A DNA stretch of 64,000 nucleotides from Octopus vulgaris (taxonomy: Eukaryota), in contig OX597818.1 of assembly GCA_951406725.2 (NCBI GenBank), positions 117,304,001-117,368,000 on the forward strand. The letters run 5' to 3'. Shown piece after piece: positions 14,356 to 26,683 of the stretch. A program made the position numbers and the translations under genes. The notes under the pieces were generated by a model. That model saw nothing but the letters and a program-made list of their open reading frames with translations, was not told the origin of the DNA and did not search any database. The first letter of the stretch is position 1. Each line of letters opens with the position of its first letter.

Positions 14356-14818
14356 GTATATATATATATATATATATACATATATATGTATATATATATG
14401 TATATATATATGTGTATATATATATATATATATACATATATATGTATATATATATGTGTGGGTGTGTGTATGTATGTATCTATGTAAGCATATATATGTA
14501 TGTGTGTGTGCGTACATGTTTGTTAATGCCTGCATTCATTTATGTTAGACCAGTAGGAGCTGATGGGTTTTTTTTAATTCTTTGCACAGTATTTGAAGCA
14601 GTCACAGATTTACGATATGCCAGACGTGTTCTTATATGTATGCTACGTAATCTAGCTTCGAAACTAAGATAGAAGAATCCTACAATGATCCTATGATAAT
14701 ATTCTTGTACTTATATACCGGACTAGCTTAACAAACTATTTAATCACTGTATGTATGTGTTTGCCCGTGTATGTATTTCTACCTATTTTTTAAATGTCTG
14801 TGTGCATGTATATATATA

Positions 14819-15201
14819 TCTTTTACTCTTTTACTTGTTTCGGTCATTTGACTGCGGCCATGTTGGAGCACCGCCTTTAGTCGAGCAAATCGACCCCGGG
14901 ACTTATTCTTTGTAAGCTCAGAACTTATTATATCGGTCTCTTTTACCGAACCGCTAAGTGACGGGGACGTAAACACACCAGCATCGGTTCTCAAGCAATG
15001 CTAGGGGGACAAACACAGACACACAAACACACACACATATATATACGACAGGCTTCTTTCAGTTTCCGTCTACCAAATCCACTAACAAGGCATTGGTCGG
15101 CCCGGGGCCATAGCAGAAGACACTTGCCCAAGATGCCACGCAGTGGGACTGAACCCGGAACCATATGTTTGGCTAGCAAGCTATTTACCACACAACCACT
15201 C
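14819..15201 (-). mobile_element. SINE family A, full length
   Basis: Tail ...tgaccgaaacaagtaaaagagtaaaag; head B box gggttcagtccc; CORE-like cttgggcaagtgtcttc. Confidence 0.9.
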
Positions 15202-15224
15202 GTCTATATGAACATGTTTATTAA

Positions 15225-15770
15225 AGCATACAGTAGTATAGATCCATTACAACCAGTTTTACCAGTCGGTTTCACATCGGTTATTGGGTCACTTGGTAGT
15301 TTTTCTTGTACATGTGCTCTTCGGCATGCATAGATGCCACCCTGAAGAACACATGTGTTATACAACCACCTAGTTACATAGCACCCAGGGCAAAACTGAT
15401 CTTTACAGCGAACATTAGTGAATCTATAACACCGTGCATTTTTATTGATATACCCACTCTACTGACAAACACGAGTCTATTTTTTCTGAATTTATTTATA
15501 GTCACAAATATACTCCATTTGTTGTACTTACATTCCCACTCGTTCCTCAGTCAATGATACATCCCATAGGAACGCATTCCCACGCAATTCGTAAGCCCTT
15601 GACACGATAGTTTTCCGGACTGTGGCCTCAGTCCCTCACGCCGACTTTGGTCTTCTCATTTCTGCTGATGAAGGATTGATGTCCGAAACGTTGACACATA
15701 TTCCTTTTCTTTTAAGCGTTAACTTAATGCTGTCAGTGCTAAATGTTATGTCTCATGCGTTGATCTTTTC
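15225..15770 (+). mobile_element. Decayed Penelope-like element 3' end (GIY-YIG C-terminal traces plus pseudo-LTR with hammerhead core)
   Basis: Frameshifted traces PVLPVG / GHLVVFLVHVL / HLVT*HPGQN resemble PV..HF...GH....V.VL...L.T..P.G.N. A hammerhead core follows at 15665. Confidence 0.5.
15661..15696 (+). ncRNA. Minimal type I hammerhead ribozyme core
   Basis: CTGATGA (15665-15671), a, stem II gga/tcc, GAAAC (15685-15689), then gtt. Stem I is not evident. Confidence 0.5.
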
Positions 15771-15798
15771 TTAAGTATGTACACATATAAATGTATGT

Positions 15799-15829
<31 letters not shown>

Positions 15830-15922
15830 CATACACATATATATGTTTATATATGCCTATATACGGTGGTCGTCTACTTTTGTGCAGAATCTGACCACCT
15901 CTTGTACCTACACCTTAAATCC

Positions 15923-15976
<54 letters not shown>

Positions 15977-15980
<4 letters not shown>

Positions 15981-16188
15981 ATCCAAACAAGAAAACACAA
16001 AAAAACAAAAAATACAACAACGCGAGGACATGGAACAAATAAAGTATTATTGGACGCTCAGGAAAGGAGCGAAGAAGGAGGGTTTAACGTTTCGAGCGGA
16101 GCTCTTCGTCGGAAACATAGGAGAAGGAAAGATCCCGAGAAGGGAAGACAGAGGAAAAAGAATCGTCGGCGGCACTCACGAGGTCACA
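15977..16188 (-). mobile_element. Penelope-like pseudo-LTR module in (TA)n, with mutated hammerhead core
   Basis: Homologous to 49151-49345. Minus strand gttt-CCGACGA-a-gagc-tcc-gctc-GAAAC-gtt-aaac. Confidence 0.6.
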
Positions 16189-16203
16189 CACACACACACA
16201 CGC

Positions 16204-16242
<39 letters not shown>

Positions 16243-16472
16243 AGTATAATAATAAAGGCTAAAATTAACTTAACTAATTAATTAATAATAGATAATTTTA
16301 CCAAGTAGTTCGGTATGTTAAAAGAAGTTCAGTTGCGTGAGTTGCTGAGTATTGCTGCCTGGGAGATCTCTTATGGTAGTAAAATAGTAGTTTAACTGCT
16401 ATTTCTAAATTTCGGTATGTGGTGAAGCAAATTTTGCTGAACCCTAATTATAATTATACACATAATTATAGA

Positions 16473-16583
<111 letters not shown>

Positions 16584-17390
16584 TATATGCATATACATTT
16601 GCAGATTAAGCAACCTGTGTCATCGTACAACATGTAATTGAAACTTAAGTAGTTAATCTGTATTCATATTCGTGCTAGATGAAAGTGTGGAAAATAATTC
16701 AGCTACTAACCACGGTCTGTTGTATTTAAGCAATGTTAATTGCTTTACATACTAAGTGGTATCTTAAATCTATTAGTTTATTCTGCAGTATTATTTGTTA
16801 TCATGCATTTTATGTGGTGTACTATAGCGAAGTAATTCTCTTTCAAATGTACGTATATGTGTATCTATACGTGAGGGAATTTACGTGTGCAAGTTTTGGC
16901 ATTTCAGTGTATGTTTGTGTAAGTGTATGAGTCTGTGTGCATGTACGTGCGTGCGTGTTTGTGTGCACAACCGTGAAAGAACTTCTATTATTTTCTGGTA
17001 GACGTCTATAATTTGGTTTAAAGAATTTGGTAAAGGATATTTTGTACCTTAACATATCAGCTTGCCTCGTGAGAGACGCAGAGAGAGATTATGTAAATAT
17101 AGAAATAAATCTTATTTAAGTTAACTACAAACATTTGAAAACAGACAGCGAGGGCAGGCGACAGAGGGACTAATACAGGCAGGGGTGGAGGGAGTCGGTG
17201 ATGTTGAGAAATAGACTGTGGGAGTGATGAATGAATAGGATAGAGAAAAAGATTAAGCATAAAAAAGATGAAAGACTATAATGCATTTATAGACGACAAA
17301 TAAGATAGCATGAAAATGCAATCTATTTGGAAAGGAATAGAAAAATATAGTTACACTACAATACCAAAGACATATAAAGACGAGCGAAAT

Positions 17391-17512
17391 AGGCGACGTC
17401 GTTGCTGTCGTGTAAGAAGCTTGCTTCCCAACCACACATTTCCGAGTTCAGTTCCATCTCGTGGCACGTGAGAAAATTTCTTCTACTATACCTTCGGACC
17501 GAGCAGGGTAGT

Positions 17513-17552
<40 letters not shown>

Positions 17553-17574
17553 GAGGGGGGGGGCTATTTGTGTC

Positions 17575-17608
<34 letters not shown>

Positions 17609-17880
17609 GCTCTTTGTTTGTTTGTCTCTCTCTGTCTCTATATATACAGGGAGCTCTTTGTGTTTCTGACCCCCAGCATCGCTTGATATTGGCGTTTTGG
17701 TGAGTTTACATCCCTATAACTTAGCGGTTAGCTTAAGTAACCGAAAGAATAAGTACCTGACTTAAAAAAAAAATAAAAGGGCTGGAGTCGATTCATTCAA
17801 CCAAAAATTCTTCAAAGCAGGGCCCCAGTATAGTAGTAGTCTAGTTAATGACTGAAACGTGTGAAAGATAAAAACTAAAA
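17391..17880 (+). mobile_element. SINE family A, diverged
   Basis: Head, internal TA/TG tract and tail are collinear with other copies. Confidence 0.75.
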
Positions 17881-18494
17881 GAAATATGGCGATGAGGTTT
17901 AGAAATAATAATTGTATTTATTTCCTTTATCATTTCCCCCCTTACATGATCTTCTGTTGCTTCTACTTTTCTATGACTTCCGTGTCTAAATCTGTATATA
18001 AAATATTGTTATATTTGTTATCACATTATGAGGGATAAAAAAATATTAAAAATAGGAAAAATATATTGAATATGATATAAAAATAACAATAACGTGTAGG
18101 CGGCTGTAGTTGAAGTTGCTAATTCATACGAAAATGAGGTTTTTCAGTTATTCTATTAGTTTAATCATTTGCGCAAAAATACATATACGCGCAAATATAT
18201 ATTTGTATTTCAGTTTGGAGAGAGATATAGAACCCGCAGCTATCCACTCGTACATACACACTGGTCATAAAGTATTCGGTCGACGCTGAAAAAGACATCT
18301 CAAACCGTTACTCAGATTTATACGTAAGCGTTCATGAGACAGTTGCATGAATTCTGAATTTGCATCTCTTCATAAACGTAGTATCTTAATCTTCTGGTAT
18401 ATAGTAACAGTCTTTTCCGCCTTACTTTGCATTTTAACTAACTTGTATATTTATCGATTTCTTTCTCCTCTCTATCTCTCATACACACACACTT

Positions 18495-18527
<33 letters not shown>

Positions 18528-18684
18528 ATCACAAATTACCAGAAGTACAAATCAAGTTAAAAGACATTACTCCAATACCAGCGATATATATATATATACA
18601 ACGGTTTTGCTAAGGAATGGTGAAACTATTTTTTCGTTCTCTGGCAAAGCAACGTTTTGGACTCACGACACTTTGGTATAATAC

Positions 18685-18744
<60 letters not shown>

Positions 18745-18748
<4 letters not shown>

Positions 18749-19460
18749 TTGGACCAAAATTAATGCCCCAATTTAAGCTTTTGAAAACAAATATATGAAA
18801 TGTAATGAAAATGAAAAAAAGAGACATGTAATACACAAATTTTACATGAAACACGAAGAGAACATTAATTTGAAAAGTCATTCTAAGAGACGGCCATTCG
18901 TTGCTATGCACGACATTTATTCGGAAAGATGACTGAGACATACAGTTGCTTCCAATTCGTTCCAATTATGGATCTTTTCCTTCCAGATTTGATTGCTGAG
19001 GTGTCCCAAGACAAAAAAGTTGCACTTAGTTAAATCCGGAGATGTTGCTGGACATTCACAAAAGCTGCCGCGATATCCAATCCAACGATTTCGTTAGTGC
19101 TTATCGATGAAATTTCTTAGACTTCTGTCATAATAATCAGGTGCTATATCTTGGAATGACGGTATCGAAAATACAGCCAGGGGATATTTTCACACAACGC
19201 CAGGTAACGATCACCATTCATCGTCTCTCGGGAATATGGAAGGCACAAATTCCTAGAGACGATATCGCTGCTAAATGACAAGAAGATAAATTGACGTGCT
19301 TTTCCCAAACCACTTCTGAATAATAGAAGCAGTTATGGCGGTTGATATGTCCGGAAACATGGAAGATCGTTTTATCAGCGAAAATGAATCGATCAAAAAC
19401 TCTGGAATCTCTGGCTTCTGCCAGCATTCTCTCACAAAATTCGAGACGTCGAATAGTGAA
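18745..19460 (-). mobile_element. Tc1/mariner-superfamily transposase remnant (maT/rosa-like) with one terminal inverted repeat
   Basis: Minus-strand FIFADKTIFHVSGHINRHNCFY...AAISSLGI...RWIGYRG...PATSPDLTKCNFFVLGHL matches the FSDE..F...G.VNRHN / RWIGR / WPPRSPDLTPCDFFLWG motifs. TIR-like taggttggaccaaaattaatgcccc abuts (TA)n at about 18745. Confidence 0.8.
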
Positions 19461-19486
19461 TCAAGAAATTACTGAACTAATAGACA

Positions 19487-19706
19487 TGTGTGTGTATGTA
19501 TTTGTGTGTCGCTGTGTTTGTACCCTAAACATTGCTTGACAGTCGATGTTGGTGTGTTTACGCCCTCGCAACTTAGCGGTTCCGCAAAAAGAGACGGATA
19601 GAATAAGTACTAGCCTCGCAAAAAAATCAGTCCTGGGGTCGATTTGTTCGACGAAGTGCGGAGCTCCAGCGTGGCCGCATAAAAATGACTGAAACAAATA
19701 AAAGAA
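19487..19706 (+). mobile_element. SINE family A, 3' half
   Basis: gcttgacag...acttagcggttc...ggggtcgatttg...tgactgaaacaa. Confidence 0.8.
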
Positions 19707-19737
<31 letters not shown>

Positions 19738-19744
19738 TCTTGGC

Positions 19745-19819
19745 TTTCCTGCTGACGAGAGCTTCGCCAAGTAAAATATTTTATTTGCTGAAGATAGTTT
19801 GAAACCATAGTATAGGAAA
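19745..19819 (+). ncRNA. Type I hammerhead ribozyme with long stem II
   Basis: Stem I tttcctg/taggaaa, core CTGACGA (19752-19758), stem II gagct...agttt enclosing a further hairpin, GAAAC (19801-19805), 2-bp stem III, cleavage triplet GTA (19810-19812). Confidence 0.65.
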
Positions 19820-19964
19820 TAGAGTGAAAATTGTTTTTTTTATATTTTTCATTCCCTTTCGAAATTACCCCTAATAATGGTTTGGAGTTTAACTACTCCT
19901 TCTAGCGGGTAGGATGTCCTGTTGTGGCCATCTCTTATGTGTTTAAATGTACTCTGTATTTTTA

Positions 19965-20031
<67 letters not shown>

Positions 20032-21021
20032 ATATCTATCTATCTATCTATCTACCTATCTACCTATATGTATATATATAATGCATACATTCTGTGACTT
20101 GACTTTGACACATTCCTGAGAGTGTGACAGTTTACTTGATGTAGGCTTTCAGTCATCTGTAATAAGAACAGTGGTGATGATGGAGATGATACCAACTCCG
20201 ATAACGACGGGAAACCGGATGTAATAAAGGTTTATATATGGGTGATGTTATGTGCAATTAGATTCAGATAATGATGCTGGTGATATAATTAATGATACAA
20301 CTATTTTCACGTGGAAGATAAACACAACAACATCGATAACACAGAAGATAATGACGACGATGACGATGACGTCTACGAAGGCGGCCATTGGCTTTAGGAC
20401 TACGATGGAACCAATGGCGTGACGATGGTACGTTTTTCTACCGACTAATTGTATCCAAACAAACAGTCACCTGTTTATAAATGTTTCGGTGGACAGTAAC
20501 AATAGACATGTCGCCTATCCCAAACACAAAAGCCGGATATTCTTCTGTCAACCAATCCCGTTATCTCTTTCTTGTCATCTCTGACAACAAAATCGATATC
20601 AGATTCTGTAGAGCTTTCAATAGCCTAATGCAATCTACTTTATATTCACCGATCATCATTTAAACATTTCATGTGTCCCCTAATTTCTTCCTTTCTTTCT
20701 TTTCCTTATTGTGACTGTGTGCTGGTGTGCTTATATATGTATGTGACTGTGTGTGATTATGTATGTGAATATATATATATATATATATATATATGTATAA
20801 TTTTCATTTTCTTTTTCTTCCTGTATATACACACTTCAGCTCTCAAAACTTGTTTACATTTCGCATGTCTTTGATCAAGAACACAACCGTATATCTATAC
20901 ATACTGATACACACGCATATACAGAGGTTCAAACACACAGACACCCACGCTCAAGAATATGTAATTTTCATCAAGTTTGCGAATCTATTTTAATCAGTCT
21001 CTTAGTGCACCGATCCTTGAC

Positions 21022-21029
21022 TCTGTCTG

Positions 21030-21110
<81 letters not shown>

Positions 21111-21178
21111 TTATCTATTTATCTATCTATCTATCTATCTATCTATATATATATATCTATTTATCAATCTATTTATCA

Positions 21179-21266
<88 letters not shown>

Positions 21267-21295
21267 GTCTGTCTGTTTATCTATCTATCTATCTA

Positions 21296-21330
<35 letters not shown>

Positions 21331-21450
21331 AACTATCTATCTATCTACCTACCTACCTCCCTACATACCTACCTACCTACCTACCTACCTACCTACCTAT
21401 GATGTATGTATGTATGTATGTATCTATCTATCTATCTAACAACCTATCTA
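21022..21450. repeat. (TATC)n / (CCTA)n tetranucleotide field
   Basis: Direct inspection. Confidence 0.95.
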
Positions 21451-21491
21451 TATGTGTGTGAAAACATATATAAGTAGACACACACATAGAC

Positions 21492-21535
<44 letters not shown>

Positions 21536-21536
<1 letters not shown>

Positions 21537-21767
21537 GTAAATGTAATATGTGACAATTATTCGGTAGCCACGATAAAACTCCACGCCGCCATCTCTTCAG
21601 TTATCCGGCCATCGGAGAAAATGCCATGGAAAAGAGATGGCGGTGTGGATTTCCACCCCGGCATCCGAAACTCGGAGTTTTATTATGGCTACCGAAAAAT
21701 TGTCACATATTACATTTAAAGATAAATCGAGGTCTCTTTCATTCTTTTATTGTCTTACCCTTTCTAT

Positions 21768-21770
<3 letters not shown>
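21536..21770. repeat. Fold-back element plus tail in (TA)n containing a split hammerhead
   Basis: Outer arms 21538-21582 / 21674-21718; inner arms 21581-21597 / 21632-21648. Confidence 0.8.
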
Positions 21771-21860
<90 letters not shown>

Positions 21861-22384
21861 TCGATCCACAAACCGACAGACCGACAGATCGATCGATAGA
21901 TAAATAGATAGGCTGATGGGAGCGAACATGATACATAGTATACACTACACGAGTAAAAGTTTTGAATTTAACTCAAAGACTGATAGATTCATGCAGCGAG
22001 CTCATCAGTCTGATAAGCCACGCACTAAACTCCAGATTTTAAAGCTACTTTGAAGCCATATTGCCGTTTACTTGCATTCTTATTTTCGTCTCTTCAGTAA
22101 TAAGCAACTTAAGATCAAATGCTCGACCAGAATTTCTTCAAATCCATATAAACAGTGAGTAAACTGTTCATGGCATTAAACCAACAAGTGCAGGTTTAGT
22201 TGGCGGTACAAACACATGGCTGTGTAGTTGAGAGTCTCGCTTTACAACCACTTGGTTTACGTTTCAGTCCCAATTCGTGACATCGTGGTCAAGTCTCTAG
22301 ACCTGGCGAATGAATGTTTGTGAATGGATAGCCCATGCTATATGCATGTATATATGTGTGTAAGTTTGACTTATGTCCTGGCGT

Positions 22385-22608
22385 TTGTATGTCCTTGTTT
22401 GTCCTCTCTGTGTTTAGCCACTTGTGGGTAGTAAAAAATTGGTATTTCGTCTGTCTTTACGTTCAGAGTTCAAATTCTTCCGAGGTTGACTTTGCCTTTC
22501 ATCCTTTCGGGGTCGATAAATTAAGGACCAGTTGTGTACTGGGGTCGATCTAATCGACTGGTGTCCTCCCCCAAAATTTCTGGCCTTGTGCTTAGAGTAG
22601 AAAAGAAT
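22385..22608 (+). mobile_element. SINE family B dimer remnant (tail of one unit plus a headless unit)
   Basis: Junction gtaaaaaatt|ggtatttcgtctg at about 22440. Confidence 0.8.
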
Positions 22609-23003
22609 ATGCTGTTTTTTATTAGTCGCATCCAAAAGTTAATTCAAAAATATTCATCGATTATTCTTCGAAAAAATACAACGGAAGATTTAAGTAGCAG
22701 CCCTTACAACTGGCCCTTATTTAAACAATTATATATCTGAAGGAAATTCATGACATACCTAAGCAAATACCGCGGTATGGTTCGCTCTGTTATTTATTTT
22801 ACGTATAGGAAATATTACTGGGTGTACACATTTTTGTTAATATTATCATTATTATTATTATCATCATCATCATGGTCATCATCATCGCTATCGTCGTCGC
22901 CGTCATCGTGATTATGCTATCTGGAAATCTGAAATATTTCTCTACTAAATACTAGTAATATATACTTTTAATTTCACTTACGTTTCATGTCTCTCTCTCT
23001 ATA

Positions 23004-23048
<45 letters not shown>

Positions 23049-23637
23049 TTACATACTTGGGAGTGTGTGTGTGTGTGCATATATGTGTGCCTACGTGTCT
23101 ATAAATATATAGAACATTCGTAGTTACATACACACACACACATATTCAATATTTGCCCATTTGTTCCACCTGAAAACACTTGTATGTCTTTCCCTCTCTC
23201 AGTTGACTAACTGTCTAATTGACTCGAACGCGATCGTTTCCAGGGTCGCTTTATGATTTACAATCAAAGTTATTTTATTACTTATTCTTTTGCTGAAATG
23301 TTACGTACTATCTTTTCAGGAATTTGTTCGTGTTTTCTTTACACCACACTCAACCTATATTTCTATTGTGCTTTTAAATTAGTCGATACTTACGCATCAG
23401 AGACACTCAATACAATTGGCTCACGACTTTCACCCGGACACTGCGCCATGGCAAACGCCGTTGTTATAATATGCAGACTCATTGTAATTTCAAACTTTAT
23501 AATCCTTTCAGATTTTATCCTATATCACTATGCAACACGAAAGCTCTCCCCATACAAATATTTCAGAATAAACATAAATATTATATATATATTTGGATAT
23601 AACCAAAAGAATGTCTTATCAAGTTATGTAGAAGAGT

Positions 23638-23890
23638 TTCTGTTGTGTCTGGGGAGAGTCATTTTCTTTCTGTGCCTTATTATGTAACACATTCACCGGT
23701 AAAATTTCCACTTTTTTCTTATTTTTATTTTCCTAAAACTTTCGTTGCGTCTTGCAGCCTTTTCAATAGTCTTGACTCTCAACGAAAATTTTAGGAAAAT
23801 AAAAATAAGAAATAAGTGGAAATTTTACCGGTGAGTGTGTTACATTATAAGGCACAAAAAGAAATTGGCTCTCCTCAGACACAATAGAAT
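23638..23890. repeat. Long inverted repeat (about 110-bp arms, 32-bp spacer)
   Basis: 23638-23747 is the reverse complement of 23780-23890 with scattered mismatches. Confidence 0.85.
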
Positions 23891-24182
23891 ATGCTTCAAC
23901 GCACGAACTCATATAAAGTACCTTGCGAACCAAATCCAAAAACGAAATACAAGAGTTTCTATATATCAAAATATATCTTGAAATTCACTCCTTTGCGACA
24001 TATATTGCAGACTGATGCTGTAGTTAAAGTAATGCCAAGCTCCATGAGTTTCCCTGAGGAATTGCACACGGTACATTATGAAGCAAATTTGCTATTTCTT
24101 CTAATACCATAATATAATAAGATATATGTATATATTATGGACTCAACCGTGTTCTAAAGTAAGTCGAAAGGTAAGCTAGTAT

Positions 24183-24208
24183 AAATCGGCACGAACTTTC
24201 CGGACAAC

Positions 24209-24214
<6 letters not shown>
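24183..24214. mobile_element. Solo mariner-type terminal inverted repeat
   Basis: The reverse complement tattgggttgtccggaaagttcgtgccgattt resembles mariner TIRs and abuts TA. No partner TIR seen. Confidence 0.4.
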
Positions 24215-24261
<47 letters not shown>

Positions 24262-24263
<2 letters not shown>

Positions 24264-24436
24264 TTTATTTAAAGCAGCAGAAAATTCAACAAAACCTGTT
24301 ACTCTGAGTTTCGCGAAACTCAGAGAAACAGGTTTTGTTGAATTTTCTGCTGCTTTAAATCAAGCATATTACTCTACCACTGGTATTTGAGTGCTCTTTT
24401 TTCTACCTTGTTTCACATTTATGTGTTTACTCCGGT
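24262..24436. repeat. 94-bp near-perfect palindrome plus tail in (TA)n
   Basis: 24267-24313 / 24314-24360, one mismatch, no spacer, centred on gagtttcg|cgaaactc. Confidence 0.9.
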
Positions 24437-24469
24437 ATATATATATATATATATATATTAATTAATAAT

Positions 24470-24748
24470 AATAATAAAATATTAGGGTGTAAATCCAAAC
24501 TTACAGGGAAAAATTAGATTTAGGTTAAATCTAATTTTATATTATAAATATATATTATATTAAATTAGAGATAAAACCACTATTAGGCAAATCAAACAGT
24601 GAAAATCATAAGTCAATACATATAAATAAAATTAATTAAAATATATAAAAAATATAAAATATAAAATATAAAAATCCAATTAAAATATTTAAATTAAAGA
24701 TAAAATTTTTTTAAATTATTTAAATTAATAAATTAAACTTATAAATTT

Positions 24749-24785
<37 letters not shown>

Positions 24786-24971
24786 ATTTTATTTATTTAT
24801 TTATTAAAAAATTTTTTTTTAAATTTCAAACTATCAAAAAGTATTAAAAGTTTAATATAAGTTAAATATTTTAATTGGATTTTTATATTTTATATTTTAT
24901 ATTTTTTATATTTTTTAATTAATTAATTTTATTTCTATGTATTGGCTTATGATTTTCACTGTTTCATTTGC
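24470..24971. repeat. Tail plus fold-back element, same family as 2831-3235 in opposite orientation
   Basis: gcaaatcaaacagtgaaaatcataagtcaataca...ccaattaaaatattt (24588-24690) pairs with 24863-24971. Shares ccaaacttacagggaaaaatt and aaattagagataaaaccactatta with the 2.8-3.2 kb copy. Confidence 0.75.
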
Positions 24972-25403
24972 TATATATATTATATAGCTTTGAGCTATTT
25001 AAGTAAATGGTGATAAATGTAGTTTGGTTTATATAATATTTAGAAACGTATATCAGAAGTTTTTCCCATGAGAAACTAAACAAAGAACGTTGAAATTTAT
25101 CACCGTAGATATTGATTCAAAGCAACCATCTTACCAATAAATATTATTGCAGGTAAATAAAGTATGTTCAACATATGAGAATTATATTTAGGTCAGAGTT
25201 CCTCTGGTGAATTTTTGTAAAAACAAGTCATTTTGATGATATGAATCGTGTCATCGTTGTTGATTCTGATGACAATTATTATCGCCATTTTGTTTGTTAT
25301 TTATCTTTTTTATAAAAAAAAAAACTTTTACTGTTTTGACTGCTTTTGCTTAATCCCCAATGTTCTAACAAGGAGGCAACTTTTGTACTACCAAATTGTG
25401 ATA

Positions 25404-25803
25404 TATTTCTTTACCACCCACAGAGAGGACAAACAAGGACAGACAAAAGGATTAAGTCGATTACATCGACCCCAGTGCGTAACTAGTACTTATTTAATCG
25501 ACCCCGAACGGATGAAAGGCAAAGTTGACCTCGGTGGAATTTGAACTCAGAACGTAACGGCAGACGAAATACCTATTTCTTTACTAACCACAAGGGGCTA
25601 AACATAGAGGGGACAAACAAGGACAGACAAACGGATTAAGTCGATTACATCGACCCCAGTGCGTAACTGATACTTATTTAATCGACCCCGAAAGGATGAA
25701 AGGCAAAATCGACCTCGGTGGAATTTGAACTCAGAACGTAACGGCAGACGAAACACCGCTAAGCATTTCGCCCGGCGTTGTAACGTTTCTGCCAGCTCGC
25801 TGC
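25404..25803 (-). mobile_element. SINE family B tandem dimer
   Basis: Two units, 25404-25573 and 25574-25803; only the latter has the full head. Confidence 0.9.
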
Positions 25804-26221
25804 TTTATGATACATTTGTTCAGTCTGGACTTTTTTAGAAATTTTGACGAGTGATGCATCATAAGCAGGCAAGATGATCATGGGCGAAGTGTGACAGTTA
25901 TTCTACTCGCATCATTTAGATATGCCAGGGCCTGCCTCCTGCAACAATATCTGGTTATTAGTTGTTAGTACGTCAAATTTAATTATTTGCATAATTGGTA
26001 TTTTAAATATAGTGTTACTTTACGAGACTGATACAATAATTTCCATGCTTTGAAATAATCAGTACTGGGGTGGATTTGTTCGACTAACCTCTTCAGGGCG
26101 GTGCTCCAGTATGGGGACAGTCTGATGACTGAAACAAATATAGATAAAACATAAAGACATGTGTATGTATGTATGTGTATACGTACGTACATATTATATA
26201 TATATATATATATATATATAA

Positions 26222-26627
26222 TCTTTTACTCTTTAAATTGTTTCAGTCATTTCACTGCGGCAATGCTGCAGCACCGCCTTTAGTTGAACAAATCGACCCC
26301 GGGACTTATTCTTTGTAAGCCTAGTACTTATTCTATCGGTCTCTTTTGCCGAACCGCTACATTACGGGTACGTAAACACACCAGCATCAGTTGTCAAGTG
26401 ATGTTGGAGGACACACACAAATACACACTCACACGCACATATATATATATATATATATACATATATACGACGGGCTTCTTTCAGTTTCCGCCGTCTACCA
26501 AATCCACTCACAAGGCTTCGGTCGTCCCGAGGCTATTGTACAAGACACATGCCCAAGGTTCCACGCAGTGGGACTGAACCCGGAACCATGTGGTTGGTAA
26601 GCAAGCTGCTTACCACACAGCCACTCC

Positions 26628-26632
<5 letters not shown>
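26222..26632 (-). mobile_element. SINE family A, full length (tail-to-tail with a + strand tail fragment at 26055-26150)
   Basis: Collinear with 13049-13453. Confidence 0.9.
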
Positions 26633-26683
<51 letters not shown>

